Below are positions 29,083 through 39,044 of a stretch of 64,000 nucleotides of DNA, piece by piece. A program made the position numbers and the translations under genes. The notes beneath the pieces were generated by a model. The model was not told the origin of the DNA and did not search any database. It saw only the letters and a program-made list of their open reading frames with translations. How positions within the stretch are numbered: the stretch's first letter is position 1; each line of letters begins with the position of its first letter. The stretch comes from a virus: the IMG/VR virus record IMGVR_UViG_3300006051_000001, positions 22,982-86,981 of that record; one strand, written 5' to 3'.

Positions 29083-29985
29083 ATGGATATCTTAAGCTGG
29101 GTTAGTTCCATCCTCCCGACCTTCGGGAAGAAAGACGTGCGTGAGAAGTTGCGCACCATCTCGAAGAAACTGACGGACATCGTCAAGCCTTCGGTTGAGC
29201 TGTTTCGTGAAGAGATCAAGGAACGCCAACTGAAGTCTGCTTACGGTAAGTCCTTCTTCAAGGACATCGTGGGCGTTCTTCCGTCGCGTCTCCAAGGCGG
29301 CGATAGCCCGTTCAGCTTCGTGCTGACCATGGCGATCGACAACGCGGTCAAGCTGCTCGACCAGCTCGAGCAGTACGTTACCAAGAACATGGGTGAGACC
29401 ATCCATATCGAAGGTATCACGTACCAGAAGGCGTCGGTGATTCGTCTCATCGAGATGATCGACTTCTTCGCGGATTACTCCAACCGGAACCTGTCCTACC
29501 TTGTTGCGTCTGAGACCAACATCGAAGCGTTCGACAAGCCCGACGGTAATCCGTTTACGCCTTTCGCCTTGAAGTATCTTCAGAACAACAAGCTGCCCTA
29601 CATTCAAATGTTGGGCCTATTGCTGAATGACCCGAAGAAGATCATGGGCGACATCAACGGCATCCCGGAAGTCGTAATGACTGACGCCGGTGTCGGTGAA
29701 GTGCCTGCTCTGGCAGGCGGTGCTGCTGACCCTCTTCGTCTGGGCGCGTTCCCGATCGTTACCAGTGTGTTCCACTGGGTTGGCCTGCGTAACGTCGATT
29801 ACGATATCGAGCGCTACGAGTTGGCCAAGAAAGAACGCCGTGACATCGAGATGCGTCTCGAGACTCTGCGTCAGCGTCGCTCGGGCAACCAAGACGCTCA
29901 GGCCGAAGTCATCATCGGCAACTACGAGCGTGAGCTGACTCTGGCCCGTGCCAAGGTCACCACGATGGAGGAGAAGCTGCGATGA
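29083..29985 (+). CDS. Internal head/inner-body protein (phiKZ gp90-like)
   Basis: 300 aa; C-terminal coiled coil; synteny. Confidence 0.6.
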   Translation: MDILSWVSSILPTFGKKDVREKLRTISKKLTDIVKPSVELFREEIKERQLKSAYGKSFFKDIVGVLPSRLQGGDSPFSFVLTMAIDNAVKLLDQLEQYVTKNMGETIHIEGITYQKASVIRLIEMIDFFADYSNRNLSYLVASETNIEAFDKPDGNPFTPFALKYLQNNKLPYIQMLGLLLNDPKKIMGDINGIPEVVMTDAGVGEVPALAGGAADPLRLGAFPIVTSVFHWVGLRNVDYDIERYELAKKERRDIEMRLETLRQRRSGNQDAQAEVIIGNYERELTLARAKVTTMEEKLR

Positions 29986-30497
29986 GCAACCTCGTATATA
30001 CACACCGTGGCTTCCCATGCGTGATGGATATCGAGATTTCCCAAGGGGCTGTTTACGAAGCCCCTGAGGTCAGCACGATCTATCGTGAACGCATGCAGCA
30101 AACTCGCCCTGGGTTTGAAGTCGAACTCGATCAGGTTGAAATGCTATTAGGTGAGTGGACTCGTACTGGTGGCTTCTTCACCCCGAGTCTGCACCCGTCG
30201 GTACGTCTGAGCGGCTCTGTGCAGTCGTTCATTGCCGAGACAGCGCTCTTCCTGACCAAGCGTATCACTCGCCGTCGCGTCAGCTTCCAAGACCGCGGTA
30301 TGCTGATGAAGCAAGACATCGCTGTGGCCACACGTCTCCCAACCTTCACTGATGACGAGCGTGCGGCATTGACTGAACTCTCTGGTATGAAACCAGAAGT
30401 TCTGATCCAGTTCTGGATCACCCGGCTGGGCCTGGACGATCTGTCTTGCTCCATGCAGTTGTATGTAGGTGACCGTTCCAATTCGGACATGATGTAA
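29982..30497 (+). CDS. Conserved hypothetical or virion protein
   Basis: 171 aa; ATGA overlap. Confidence 0.6.
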   Translation: MSNLVYTHRGFPCVMDIEISQGAVYEAPEVSTIYRERMQQTRPGFEVELDQVEMLLGEWTRTGGFFTPSLHPSVRLSGSVQSFIAETALFLTKRITRRRVSFQDRGMLMKQDIAVATRLPTFTDDERAALTELSGMKPEVLIQFWITRLGLDDLSCSMQLYVGDRSNSDMM

Positions 30498-30513
30498 TAA
30501 TGTGCGTATACGC

Positions 30514-30532
30514 CGTCGGTTGCGCACCGACG
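30514..30532 (+). other. Hairpin in the leader of a head protein gene
   Basis: CGTCGGT-TGCGC-ACCGACG upstream of the AGGAG SD. Confidence 0.55.
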
Positions 30533-30555
30533 ATTAATATCCCTAGGAGTTTCAC

Positions 30556-31893
30556 ATGAGCAAATCTCTGCACGCAGCCCTTCTTCAATACGGCGTCGAA
30601 TCCGGCGAGATCGAGCCAGAAGAAGTGATCTACCCGGCCGGTGAAGAAGAAATCACCGTCATCACCGACGAAACCATGTCGGACCTGGAAGAAGCCGTTG
30701 CCGAACTGGCCGACGACGTCGAAAAGGTTGAAGACCACGAAAACGGCGCCGAAAAGGTGATCGAGGCTGTTGAATCCCTGGAAGCCTACGTTGTTCAGTT
30801 CGAACGTCTGGGCGAAGCCGGCATCAGCATCAACACCACCGCGGCCAACTTCGCGCTGCAAGGCATCGTCGCTTCCCTGGAAGGCCGCAACATTCCTGCC
30901 GCCGTCTACAGCACCGAAGCCTTCGCGCTGCAAGAGTCGTTCGAAGCTGACGACAAAGAAGCCGACAAAGGTCCTGGCCTGCTGGGCAAGGGTAAAGCCC
31001 TGCTGACCAAGCTGTGGAACATGTTGAAAGCCGCTGCTGGCGCTGTGAAGCAAGCCATCATCGACTTCTTCGCCACCATGGGCAAATCCGCTGCCGCCAT
31101 CAAGGCCGGCGGTGAGAAGCTGAAGCGTGTTGGCGCATCGATCAAAGACAGCAAAACTGTCTCCCTGAAAGGTGGCTCGTATAGCGCTCTGACCGTTGGC
31201 GGTTCGGTTGATCCGATCAAGGCAATGGGTGACGTTAATAGCGGCTACAAGACCGCTGTTGTTGACAACATCACCAAGCTGCGCATCGTGGTTAACCCAC
31301 TGGTGAAAGCTCTGCGCAACCCAACTCCAGGCGGCGTCAAGTCGGCTGCTGAAGGTATCGACGTCAAGTCGCTGGCTTCCGCAAGCGCTTCCCTGCCAGG
31401 CGGCTTCGTTGCTCACTTCACCGTTGGTTCGGGTGAAGGCGTTGCAGCTCTGACCGGCACTACCTTCAAGATCGAGAAGACCAAAGGCGGCGAAGCTGCT
31501 AAGGACTTCAACGCTCTGTCCGGTGGTGACATCGTCAAGCTGGGTACTGCTGTTGTTGCCACTGCTGACCTGATGGTCAAAGCCAAGTCCGACGCTGACG
31601 CCATCATCAAGTCGAACGACGAGCTGCTGTCGGCCGCTACCACCGCGATCAACGCTGCCAAGGACGACGAAGCTCAGGGCGCTGCTCGCGAGCTGCTGAA
31701 GACCGCTACCAAGCTGATGTCCGTTACCAAGGGCTTCGTACCTACCTACGTTCGCTACATGGCTACCACTGCCAAGGTTGCGTACAAAGCTGGTATGGCC
31801 TCGGCTTCGGCTCACGGCAAGAAAGACAAAGCTGAAGACGGCGCGGCTGATAAGCCAGCTGACCCAAAGCTGCTGAAAAACGAGGACAAGTAA
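30556..31893 (+). CDS. Internal head protein paralog with acidic propeptide
   Basis: Acidic N-terminus, SLE/STE/SFE motifs, then KLWNMLK helix; strong codon bias. Confidence 0.75.
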   Translation: MSKSLHAALLQYGVESGEIEPEEVIYPAGEEEITVITDETMSDLEEAVAELADDVEKVEDHENGAEKVIEAVESLEAYVVQFERLGEAGISINTTAANFALQGIVASLEGRNIPAAVYSTEAFALQESFEADDKEADKGPGLLGKGKALLTKLWNMLKAAAGAVKQAIIDFFATMGKSAAAIKAGGEKLKRVGASIKDSKTVSLKGGSYSALTVGGSVDPIKAMGDVNSGYKTAVVDNITKLRIVVNPLVKALRNPTPGGVKSAAEGIDVKSLASASASLPGGFVAHFTVGSGEGVAALTGTTFKIEKTKGGEAAKDFNALSGGDIVKLGTAVVATADLMVKAKSDADAIIKSNDELLSAATTAINAAKDDEAQGAARELLKTATKLMSVTKGFVPTYVRYMATTAKVAYKAGMASASAHGKKDKAEDGAADKPADPKLLKNEDK

Positions 31894-32231
31894 AATCCGC
31901 CGAGGACGCTCCGGCGTCCGTCACCTCGAACGTTGAAAAGTTCGTTAAAGAAGGTGACTTGGACCACATTCGTACAGCTCTACGTTTGGAGCTGAACAAT
32001 GCGAAGTTGTCCTCGAAGGATTTCGTTGAGATGGTTAAGTGGGTGAAGGCCAACGTCAAAGGGTTGTTCGTACCTTACGATGAAGGTTCCTTCGCCAGGG
32101 AGATGAAAGAGAGTAAGTCGGATTGGGACGAGGACTACTTCCATATGCAAGTAGTCTACCTGAAAACCAACTTCTCTGAAAAGCGTCTCCAACACCTCAT
32201 CCGTGTTAACGAGCACTTGTCGAAGAAGTGA
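31863..32231 (+). CDS. -1 frameshift extension of 30556-31893 (track ORF 31959-32231)
   Basis: The -1 frame opens at 31863, the first base of in-frame C CCA AAG; 31894-31958 reads as normal coding sequence. Confidence 0.65.
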   Translation, partial: PKAAEKRGQVKSAEDAPASVTSNVEKFVKEGDLDHIRTALRLELNNAKLSSKDFVEMVKWVKANVKGLFVPYDEGSFAREMKESKSDWDEDYFHMQVVYLKTNFSEKRLQHLIRVNEHLSKK

Positions 32232-32251
32232 TCTAATCGCTTCTAGTATAG

Positions 32252-32279
32252 CGGGGGTGGAAACACCCCCGTTCTATGC
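32252..32279 (+). terminator. Hairpin of the TATG family
   Basis: CGGGGGTG-GAAA-CACCCCCG-TTCTATG. Confidence 0.75.
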
Positions 32280-32339
32280 CGCGTTTATGATATAGCTTCC
32301 GCTATCAACACCATCCTACTTGTGCAACGGGTGATAACA

Positions 32340-33647
32340 ATGACACGGTTCTCCGACGAATTCAAACAGTCGATGCTTGGCGACGGTTCTTTCGAATCCG
32401 CCATCGTCGATGAAAGCGCTTACCAAGAAACAGGCATCACTCCTGAGCTGGTTATCCAGACTCAAGAAGAACGTGCAGAGCTCGCTGATGCTCTGGATCA
32501 GGTTGATGAAATCGGTGATGACCGTAAAGACATCGACGCTGCCGCTGCTGTAACTGACGCTGTTGTATCGGCAGTAAGCGCTGCTGAAACCATGCCCGCT
32601 GCTGCATCGGAAACCTTCGCTGAGATTGCGAACGTAACCATCGCTTCGGCTGCTCAAGTGCTGGACATGGAAATGCCTCGTCTCGAGACTGATCCACACA
32701 CCGGCGCTATCACCGAAGCATCCATGGAAAGCTTCAGCAGCTGGTTCTCCGGCGCTGCCAAGTCCTTCATGGAAGCCAGTGCGAACTTCTTTGCTCGTAT
32801 CGGTCTGGGTATCTCCCGTCTGAACGACAGCTCCCAAGGTCTGACTAAGCGCTGCATGCGCGTTCGTACCGTGATGGGTGATCGTAAAGGCAACGGCGGT
32901 AAGCCAATCAAGCTGAGCTCCGGCGTGCAGCGCCATCTGGTGCTGGGTGATGGTTATGCCTCCAGTCCTATCGAAGCTCTCACCGAGTTCTCGGTTACCA
33001 ACATCAGCGTTACTCGTGTAATCAACGAGTACCACAAGCGTCTGGGTGATCTGATCAAGGATCGTATCTTCGCAGCTGTTGCGTCTGGTCAGAAGAACGA
33101 CATCTTCGTTGACCTGAAGAGTTCCGACCTGCTGGAAGATCTCGAGAAGATCCTCGGCCGTCAGCCGAAGAACCTGATGGGTAACCAGATCTACGGGTTC
33201 AACGATCGCCCTGTCAACAAGGTGCTGACCGTAACCCTGCAATCGGGCATGCCTAACGCCATCGACCTGATCCGTCACCTCGATGCTCCGAACTCTCTGA
33301 GCAACGAACAGATCAGCGCGATGCTGGGTTCTCTGGAAGGTTTGATCGCTGAGCAACTGATTGCTCTCGAGAAGATCACCAGTCAGTCCAAGGCTTCGTT
33401 CAAGTCCCTGCAAGACGTGATCAAGAAGTTCAACGGCATGGCTGAAGAAGCTGAGATCGCTCAGCTCAAAGCCGGCGGCGCTGAAGCACCTGTTGCCATC
33501 AACTCGATGGAACTGCTGCGCGTCGAGAACCAACTGGTTTCCGAACTCGGCCGCGTCTGCGACCGTCTGGTTGATTACCAGCGTGACATGATCGACCGTA
33601 TCGACTCGTTGTTGACTTTGGTCGAAGAGTCGGTCTTCCAAGACTGA
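32340..33647 (+). CDS. Internal head protein paralog
   Basis: Acidic propeptide, SFES and ASMES motifs, then FSSWF helix. Confidence 0.72.
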   Translation: MTRFSDEFKQSMLGDGSFESAIVDESAYQETGITPELVIQTQEERAELADALDQVDEIGDDRKDIDAAAAVTDAVVSAVSAAETMPAAASETFAEIANVTIASAAQVLDMEMPRLETDPHTGAITEASMESFSSWFSGAAKSFMEASANFFARIGLGISRLNDSSQGLTKRCMRVRTVMGDRKGNGGKPIKLSSGVQRHLVLGDGYASSPIEALTEFSVTNISVTRVINEYHKRLGDLIKDRIFAAVASGQKNDIFVDLKSSDLLEDLEKILGRQPKNLMGNQIYGFNDRPVNKVLTVTLQSGMPNAIDLIRHLDAPNSLSNEQISAMLGSLEGLIAEQLIALEKITSQSKASFKSLQDVIKKFNGMAEEAEIAQLKAGGAEAPVAINSMELLRVENQLVSELGRVCDRLVDYQRDMIDRIDSLLTLVEESVFQD

Positions 33648-33664
33648 TCTCACTGACCTGCGTG

Positions 33665-33692
33665 GGGAGGGGTCAGCCCCTCCCTTCGTATG
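33665..33692 (+). terminator. Hairpin of the TATG family
   Basis: GGGAGGGG-TCAG-CCCCTCCC-TTCGTATG. Confidence 0.7.
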
Positions 33693-33715
33693 CCGCTTAT
33701 TCAAGGTGCTAGACC

Positions 33716-35479
33716 ATGCCTAAAATCACAGTGGAGCTGGCTTCTAACTACGAGAACATCACACGCCCTGTTGCGATGTCGATCGCTCGTGACGTGATGA
33801 AGCTTTGCAACATCGATCCTAATACTCCTCTGTACATGCCGGGTGAGTTCGACCAGATTAATCAGGCTGGTACTACTCTAGACGGTGAAGCCCCGATGTC
33901 TTTTGGTGGTAACCAGAAGATCAAGGTGGTCGTCGAAGAAACCCTTCGTAATGAATCGGTCATGCAGCAGGTCATTAAGCAAAATGAAATGCCTGCAATG
34001 TTTGAAGACAGGAGGTTGGGTATCAGTATCCGTCCTGTCTACATGCAGTCTGACCTGACTCTTACTTTCCAGTACACTTGCGCTAGCCGTCAGCAAGCCA
34101 AGAAGTGGCAGGATGGGTTTGCAGCTCGACGTGCAGAGAACCGTACTTCGACCTCTCATCAGATCGAATACGAGATCCCAATTCAAGAAGGTGTGTTAGC
34201 GTTGCTTGCGCACTTGCATTCGTTGAGGGAGAAGATTGCCGGATATGGCGAGACAGTAGCTGAGTGGTTCAAGTCGTGTCAAAGACGACCGTTCCAATTA
34301 CTCGCTACTCAAGACAAGGACATGAAGAAGTCCATGGTGTCTGTTCCTGAGACTCAGGTTCAGATTACGGGGTGGTGGGATTTCACTGACATTCCGAAGG
34401 AGCAGAAGAACGGTGACACCAGTACGTGGAACATTGAGTTCTCGTATCGCGTCATGTATCACCGCTGCACTCATCTGTACCTTGTCTATCCACTGGTAGT
34501 TCACCAGTCGCACATCTCTCGGAACTACTTCGATTCTAAGCCTCGGTTCAGTCTTGAAGATCTCCCCAAGGAAAGTGCTATCGGTATCCGTGCGCTGGAC
34601 TACATGGATCATTACGTCGATTCGTTCCCACAACCGGCGGATGGTCTGCGTTACCCGACGTACGATGAATGGATTCCGGGAAAGGCTCAGCAGCCTCCGA
34701 AGAGTATTCCCGCTGCAAGTTGGATGCTCTCGCTTGATCCGAAAGATCCTCAGAAGATCGGCAACCTTACTCAACTACCCGATATCCGTTTCACTAAAGA
34801 GATGGATACGTACATGCGTGCAAACTACGCAGGTCTGGGTAAGCGGGGACAGGCAACGGTTCTGTTCACGATCTATCAAGACGACACGCCAATGGGTGAG
34901 TCGTGGATCGAGATCGATAAGGATCTGAACATCAGAGCGACCGACGTTCTGGATCTGCGTAAGCAGTACCACTTGCGGATGTCTTTCCCGACGTACTATC
35001 CGAAGTTCACCAAAGACGCTGTAAGGCAGATGCAGCTCAACAGCATGGCCACACTGCAAGTCTTCCAGTCAATCCTCCCACGATTGAACGTGGAGTACGC
35101 CAAGGCCATCTTCCTTGATGACCAGTATCTCCCGATCGATTACATCGTCTGGTTCTACAAGTACCTGCAAGATCACGGCCTCGGTTACAACAACGACGGT
35201 GGTGGCAATCAGGATAACGGTGGGGCTTCTGGTGGCGGACACGTCAATACCGGCACTGGTGTTCCGGGTTACGTGGGTGGTCCTGGTGGTAATCACAACG
35301 GTGATGGATCTAACGGTTCTGGCAGTAACGGTCACACCGGCGGTAACATCGGCAATGGTGGTGATCGTGATCCGGGGGTTCCTTATCCTGACGATTGGAC
35401 CAACGGTGGCGTCTGGACTAAACGCAGCATGAGTGGTGCGCGTTACGTGCAGTTCCTGTACATCGTCCATAAGAAGTAA
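33716..35479 (+). CDS. Virion structural protein with Gly/Asn-rich segment near the C-terminus
   Basis: 587 aa in the structural operon (phiKZ gp98 region by synteny). Confidence 0.6.
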   Translation: MPKITVELASNYENITRPVAMSIARDVMKLCNIDPNTPLYMPGEFDQINQAGTTLDGEAPMSFGGNQKIKVVVEETLRNESVMQQVIKQNEMPAMFEDRRLGISIRPVYMQSDLTLTFQYTCASRQQAKKWQDGFAARRAENRTSTSHQIEYEIPIQEGVLALLAHLHSLREKIAGYGETVAEWFKSCQRRPFQLLATQDKDMKKSMVSVPETQVQITGWWDFTDIPKEQKNGDTSTWNIEFSYRVMYHRCTHLYLVYPLVVHQSHISRNYFDSKPRFSLEDLPKESAIGIRALDYMDHYVDSFPQPADGLRYPTYDEWIPGKAQQPPKSIPAASWMLSLDPKDPQKIGNLTQLPDIRFTKEMDTYMRANYAGLGKRGQATVLFTIYQDDTPMGESWIEIDKDLNIRATDVLDLRKQYHLRMSFPTYYPKFTKDAVRQMQLNSMATLQVFQSILPRLNVEYAKAIFLDDQYLPIDYIVWFYKYLQDHGLGYNNDGGGNQDNGGASGGGHVNTGTGVPGYVGGPGGNHNGDGSNGSGSNGHTGGNIGNGGDRDPGVPYPDDWTNGGVWTKRSMSGARYVQFLYIVHKK

Positions 35480-35488
35480 TCGGTTATG

Positions 35489-35520
35489 GAGAGTGGGGTA
35501 ATCCCACTCTCTTTTATTTT
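35489..35520 (+). terminator. Intrinsic terminator
   Basis: GAGAGTGGG-GTAAT-CCCACTCTC followed by a T-tract. Confidence 0.85.
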
Positions 35521-35534
35521 GTTGGAGGACCATC

Positions 35535-36893
35535 ATGTCGTTTATTGAAATCCCGGACGAAGTTCCGGTAGTGAAACCGAATCTTAAGATCGCTGATTCT
35601 ACTTATCACGGTCAAGTCGTAGAAACCCGTAAACAGGACTTCTTCTCGCTGGCCACTTTTGGCTCTGGCATGAAGATGGCTTGCGACTATTACTCGCAGG
35701 TTGCAGGTAAGGATAACGCAGCGGCATCTTACCAAGATGACCTACCGCCAGTCTTTGGCCAATACCACCTCGTCCGCGGCTTTGAGCTGATCATCACCAC
35801 GCCTCTGTCTCACCAACAGAACAACGATGGCGCAGGGGAATGGGTATCGACTGGCTCCGGTACTGTCTACAGCTGTATCACGCCACAGAACGGCGAGATG
35901 TTCATTGCCGACATCGGTAACGGACAGGAAGCATTCTTCCAAGTCAACAACCCGCGTCGTCAGGGCATCTATCCTGAATCCCCAACCGAGATCGATTTCA
36001 AGATCACGTTCCCTGCAACCAAGGAGCTGATCGAGCGTCTCAATAAGTACCGCGTAGTTGAGACCTTCTACTTCCATCGTGAGAACTATCGCAATGGCGT
36101 GAAGTGTCTGCTGCGTCGTGAAGAGGTAGATATCAACCGCCGTCTGGTTGATGCGTTCCGTCGGATGGTTCCTCTGTACTTCCGTGACTTCTTCGCCGAT
36201 CGCTTCAACACCTTCTTGGTGCCGGGTCAGCTCACCAGCACTTACGATCCGAACGTCGTCAAGTTCCTGAAGTCGATCCTCGGGACTGAGCATCATCACC
36301 TGATGAACACGCTCACAGAACTCGGCGTAGCACATGACGTATATTCTAACCAGATTACGTTATTTGATGTAATTGCTAAGCGTGACTACAACCTCCTGTA
36401 CAGCGCCTCACGCCATCTTCAGGTCGCACACGTTGAACGCATGCGCCAACACGCTCTCATGCGCTCTATCGTCTTCAGCGGCGTTAAACAGATGCTTATC
36501 GCGGTTGATGTCGCTAATAGCAACAACAATCCGATCTGCCCACCGGGCGCGTGGGGTCAATTGCAGGACGGTGGTGTACGTCAGCCAAACATGCGCTCGA
36601 TTCTTCCTAACTTGGATCTGACTGATCCTGCCCCAGCTGGTCCGCCAGTAACTGAATTGGTCAAGCCTATCTTGGTTGACGACTTCTACGTTCTGAGCCA
36701 GCAGTTCTACGACGATGTTCCTGGGCAGAGCAAGTTGGAAGTTCTGGTTGGACAGACCCTGCGTGGTCAGGCAATCGATCTGGAAGTGTTGGCCGACGTG
36801 GCTGATGCATCCATCAAGTTCGATAACCTCGAGCGGTTCTATTACACGCCGATCATTCTGGCTCTCATCAAGATGGCCTCAGGTGTACTCTAA
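35535..36893 (+). CDS. Virion structural protein (phiKZ gp99 region)
   Basis: GGAGG SD; 452 aa; synteny. Confidence 0.6.
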   Translation: MSFIEIPDEVPVVKPNLKIADSTYHGQVVETRKQDFFSLATFGSGMKMACDYYSQVAGKDNAAASYQDDLPPVFGQYHLVRGFELIITTPLSHQQNNDGAGEWVSTGSGTVYSCITPQNGEMFIADIGNGQEAFFQVNNPRRQGIYPESPTEIDFKITFPATKELIERLNKYRVVETFYFHRENYRNGVKCLLRREEVDINRRLVDAFRRMVPLYFRDFFADRFNTFLVPGQLTSTYDPNVVKFLKSILGTEHHHLMNTLTELGVAHDVYSNQITLFDVIAKRDYNLLYSASRHLQVAHVERMRQHALMRSIVFSGVKQMLIAVDVANSNNNPICPPGAWGQLQDGGVRQPNMRSILPNLDLTDPAPAGPPVTELVKPILVDDFYVLSQQFYDDVPGQSKLEVLVGQTLRGQAIDLEVLADVADASIKFDNLERFYYTPIILALIKMASGVL

Positions 36894-37516
36894 TGAGATC
36901 ACAACCGATTTCCAAGTCTGCGAACTTCAGGTTCTCAGCGGATACCGTGCATGATACCGACGATACGTCGTTCCTGATCTTCAACAAGCAGGCGCTTCAT
37001 CTGTACGAGATCGACTACAGTCACTTCAAGGCCATGAACGGAATCCTGAACCAACCTATCGTTGGCCGGTATACCGAACGTGAGATGGATAACCTGACGA
37101 AGGAGATGGTTCCTACGGCGAGTTGTATCTGGGATATGGTTAAGCAGTTTCTGGACGGAGCCCACATTCGGATTCCCTGCCCAAAGACAGCTGCGCTTAT
37201 CTACAAGACGATTGCTCGTCACGTTGAGGCTCACCTACTGGCTATGCGAACTATCAAGATGTACGAGGCTCCAGATCCTGAGGACTTCCGTGCATTGACA
37301 GAGTTCGCTGTCGGCATTCGCACCAACGCCATGCGTAGCGATCTTGACATCGACGGCAAGCAGGCTCAAGGCATCAACCGTACTCAGCTCCCAGTCCGTG
37401 CGTCGTTCAGTCGTCAAACGGTTACTGAGGACCTTGAGAAGAAGCCTGACATTCCAAGAGTGATGCAGAAGATGGACTGCATCGATCGGTATCTGGAGTC
37501 GATAGGTGGCCGTTGA
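36893..37516 (+). CDS. Conserved hypothetical or virion protein (gp100 region)
   Basis: 207 aa; TAATG coupling. Confidence 0.6.
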   Translation: MRSQPISKSANFRFSADTVHDTDDTSFLIFNKQALHLYEIDYSHFKAMNGILNQPIVGRYTEREMDNLTKEMVPTASCIWDMVKQFLDGAHIRIPCPKTAALIYKTIARHVEAHLLAMRTIKMYEAPDPEDFRALTEFAVGIRTNAMRSDLDIDGKQAQGINRTQLPVRASFSRQTVTEDLEKKPDIPRVMQKMDCIDRYLESIGGR

Positions 37517-38921
37517 ATTAGATTCCTCGCCGATTGCCCAAGAGCTCGCCCTCATCGTTAAGGAAGGTGGTAGTCCTTACTTCTTGTTCGCAGTGACCAT
37601 CCACTGTGGCGGTAAAGACATTGCCCCTCACCAAGTGTTGAGGTTCGACGTTGGGCGCAACTACCGTGGCGCTTACACGGATGACCTATCTATCGTGCTG
37701 GCGCTTGGCGCCGGTACATTGATGAACGACATTGGTCCGTATCAAGACGACATCAAGATCACCATCAACATCTCCAATGCTGATACAACCGGTACGCAGA
37801 AGACCGATCAAGCGGTGATGTCCAGAACGTACGTCGCGTATCTGGGTGATGAGATCCCACGTCCATCCGATACAGCGTATAACCCATCGTTGCAGGATAC
37901 CGAGACAGCTAACCGCAGCTCTATCAAGAACACGACGTTTGTGTTGGAGATGGCAGCCGTTAGTCAGTTGAGGAAGCAAAGCCTCGGAACGATCGGTAAA
38001 GCATGCCCTCCTTACGAGCTCATGCGTACGCTGATGACGAAAGCGTGTCAAGCGTTGAAGTTGGGTAAGGATGAAGTCATCGACAAGTTCGATATGACCG
38101 AGGCCAACAACCAGACTCCTCGTGACCACGTCATCGTTCCGGATAACACGCCTGTCTTGGAGATCCCTGATTACATCCAGAACAAGTCTGGTGGGATTTA
38201 CTCGACAGGTCTTGGGTTCTATATCCAAGGACAATGTCTGTTCACTTGGCCGATGTACGATACCACCCGTCAAGACTCCGCTAAGCGAGTGTTGCAGGTT
38301 GTGATGGCTCCTAGTCGTCACTCTGCTGTTCTCGATAAAACGTGGCGTGACGGTGGGCGGATGATCAGCATTTACTCGGCTGGTGTTTCTAAGATCCTCG
38401 ACGATTCATTGGGTCAGCTGAACATCGGGGGTAACGCCGTTCGTTACACCAACGCTAACCAGTTGGTAGACGGTGGTCCTGTAGTTGCCGGTAACAAGAT
38501 GACAGCCAGTCGTACAACCAACAACCAAGAGTTCTCGACAACGGTTGTGGGTAACGGTCAGAACCTCGCTAAAGCCGCTGGATCGAAAGTAACCGATAAC
38601 GTGTACTTGGAGGCCAGCAAGCTGGCGAAACGTTCAGGTGCGATGATGGTGATCCCTTGGAAGCGAAGTAATCCAGAGCTCATCACTCCGGGTATGGCTA
38701 CCGAGATCAATTACGATCATGATGGCATTATCCGGACGATCGAAGGTACTGTGGTTTCATGCTACAGCTCTTACGAGTTGGAAGGTCAAGGCATGAACGC
38801 TGGTCGGTGGTACGCTGCATCTGTAGTAACGGTCTTCATCGATCGGAATGATCCTGACTATATCGCTTACCTACAAGGTGGCGGTACGATCAGTGCTGTT
38901 CCAGAGATGGGTGAGATCTAA
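37506..38921 (+). CDS. Baseplate hub (T4 gp27/VgrG-N-like; phiKZ gp101-like)
   Basis: 471 aa; IPDYIQNKSGGIYSTGLGFYIQ hub-like segment; C-terminal ITPGM beta-barrel pattern. Confidence 0.55.
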   Translation: MAVELDSSPIAQELALIVKEGGSPYFLFAVTIHCGGKDIAPHQVLRFDVGRNYRGAYTDDLSIVLALGAGTLMNDIGPYQDDIKITINISNADTTGTQKTDQAVMSRTYVAYLGDEIPRPSDTAYNPSLQDTETANRSSIKNTTFVLEMAAVSQLRKQSLGTIGKACPPYELMRTLMTKACQALKLGKDEVIDKFDMTEANNQTPRDHVIVPDNTPVLEIPDYIQNKSGGIYSTGLGFYIQGQCLFTWPMYDTTRQDSAKRVLQVVMAPSRHSAVLDKTWRDGGRMISIYSAGVSKILDDSLGQLNIGGNAVRYTNANQLVDGGPVVAGNKMTASRTTNNQEFSTTVVGNGQNLAKAAGSKVTDNVYLEASKLAKRSGAMMVIPWKRSNPELITPGMATEINYDHDGIIRTIEGTVVSCYSSYELEGQGMNAGRWYAASVVTVFIDRNDPDYIAYLQGGGTISAVPEMGEI

Positions 38922-38961
38922 CAATCGCTGAGTCACACATTACCGACGTAGAATCTAATCA

Positions 38962-38989
38962 CCGGGGGAGTAATTCCCCGGCCTTTTTC
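38962..38989 (+). terminator. Intrinsic terminator
   Basis: CCGGGGGA-GTAA-TTCCCCGG followed by CCTTTTT. Confidence 0.8.
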
Positions 38990-39044
38990 TGCATCGGTAA
39001 GAAGGAACCATTTTGAATGCATTCTAATTTCAAGGAACTTAACC

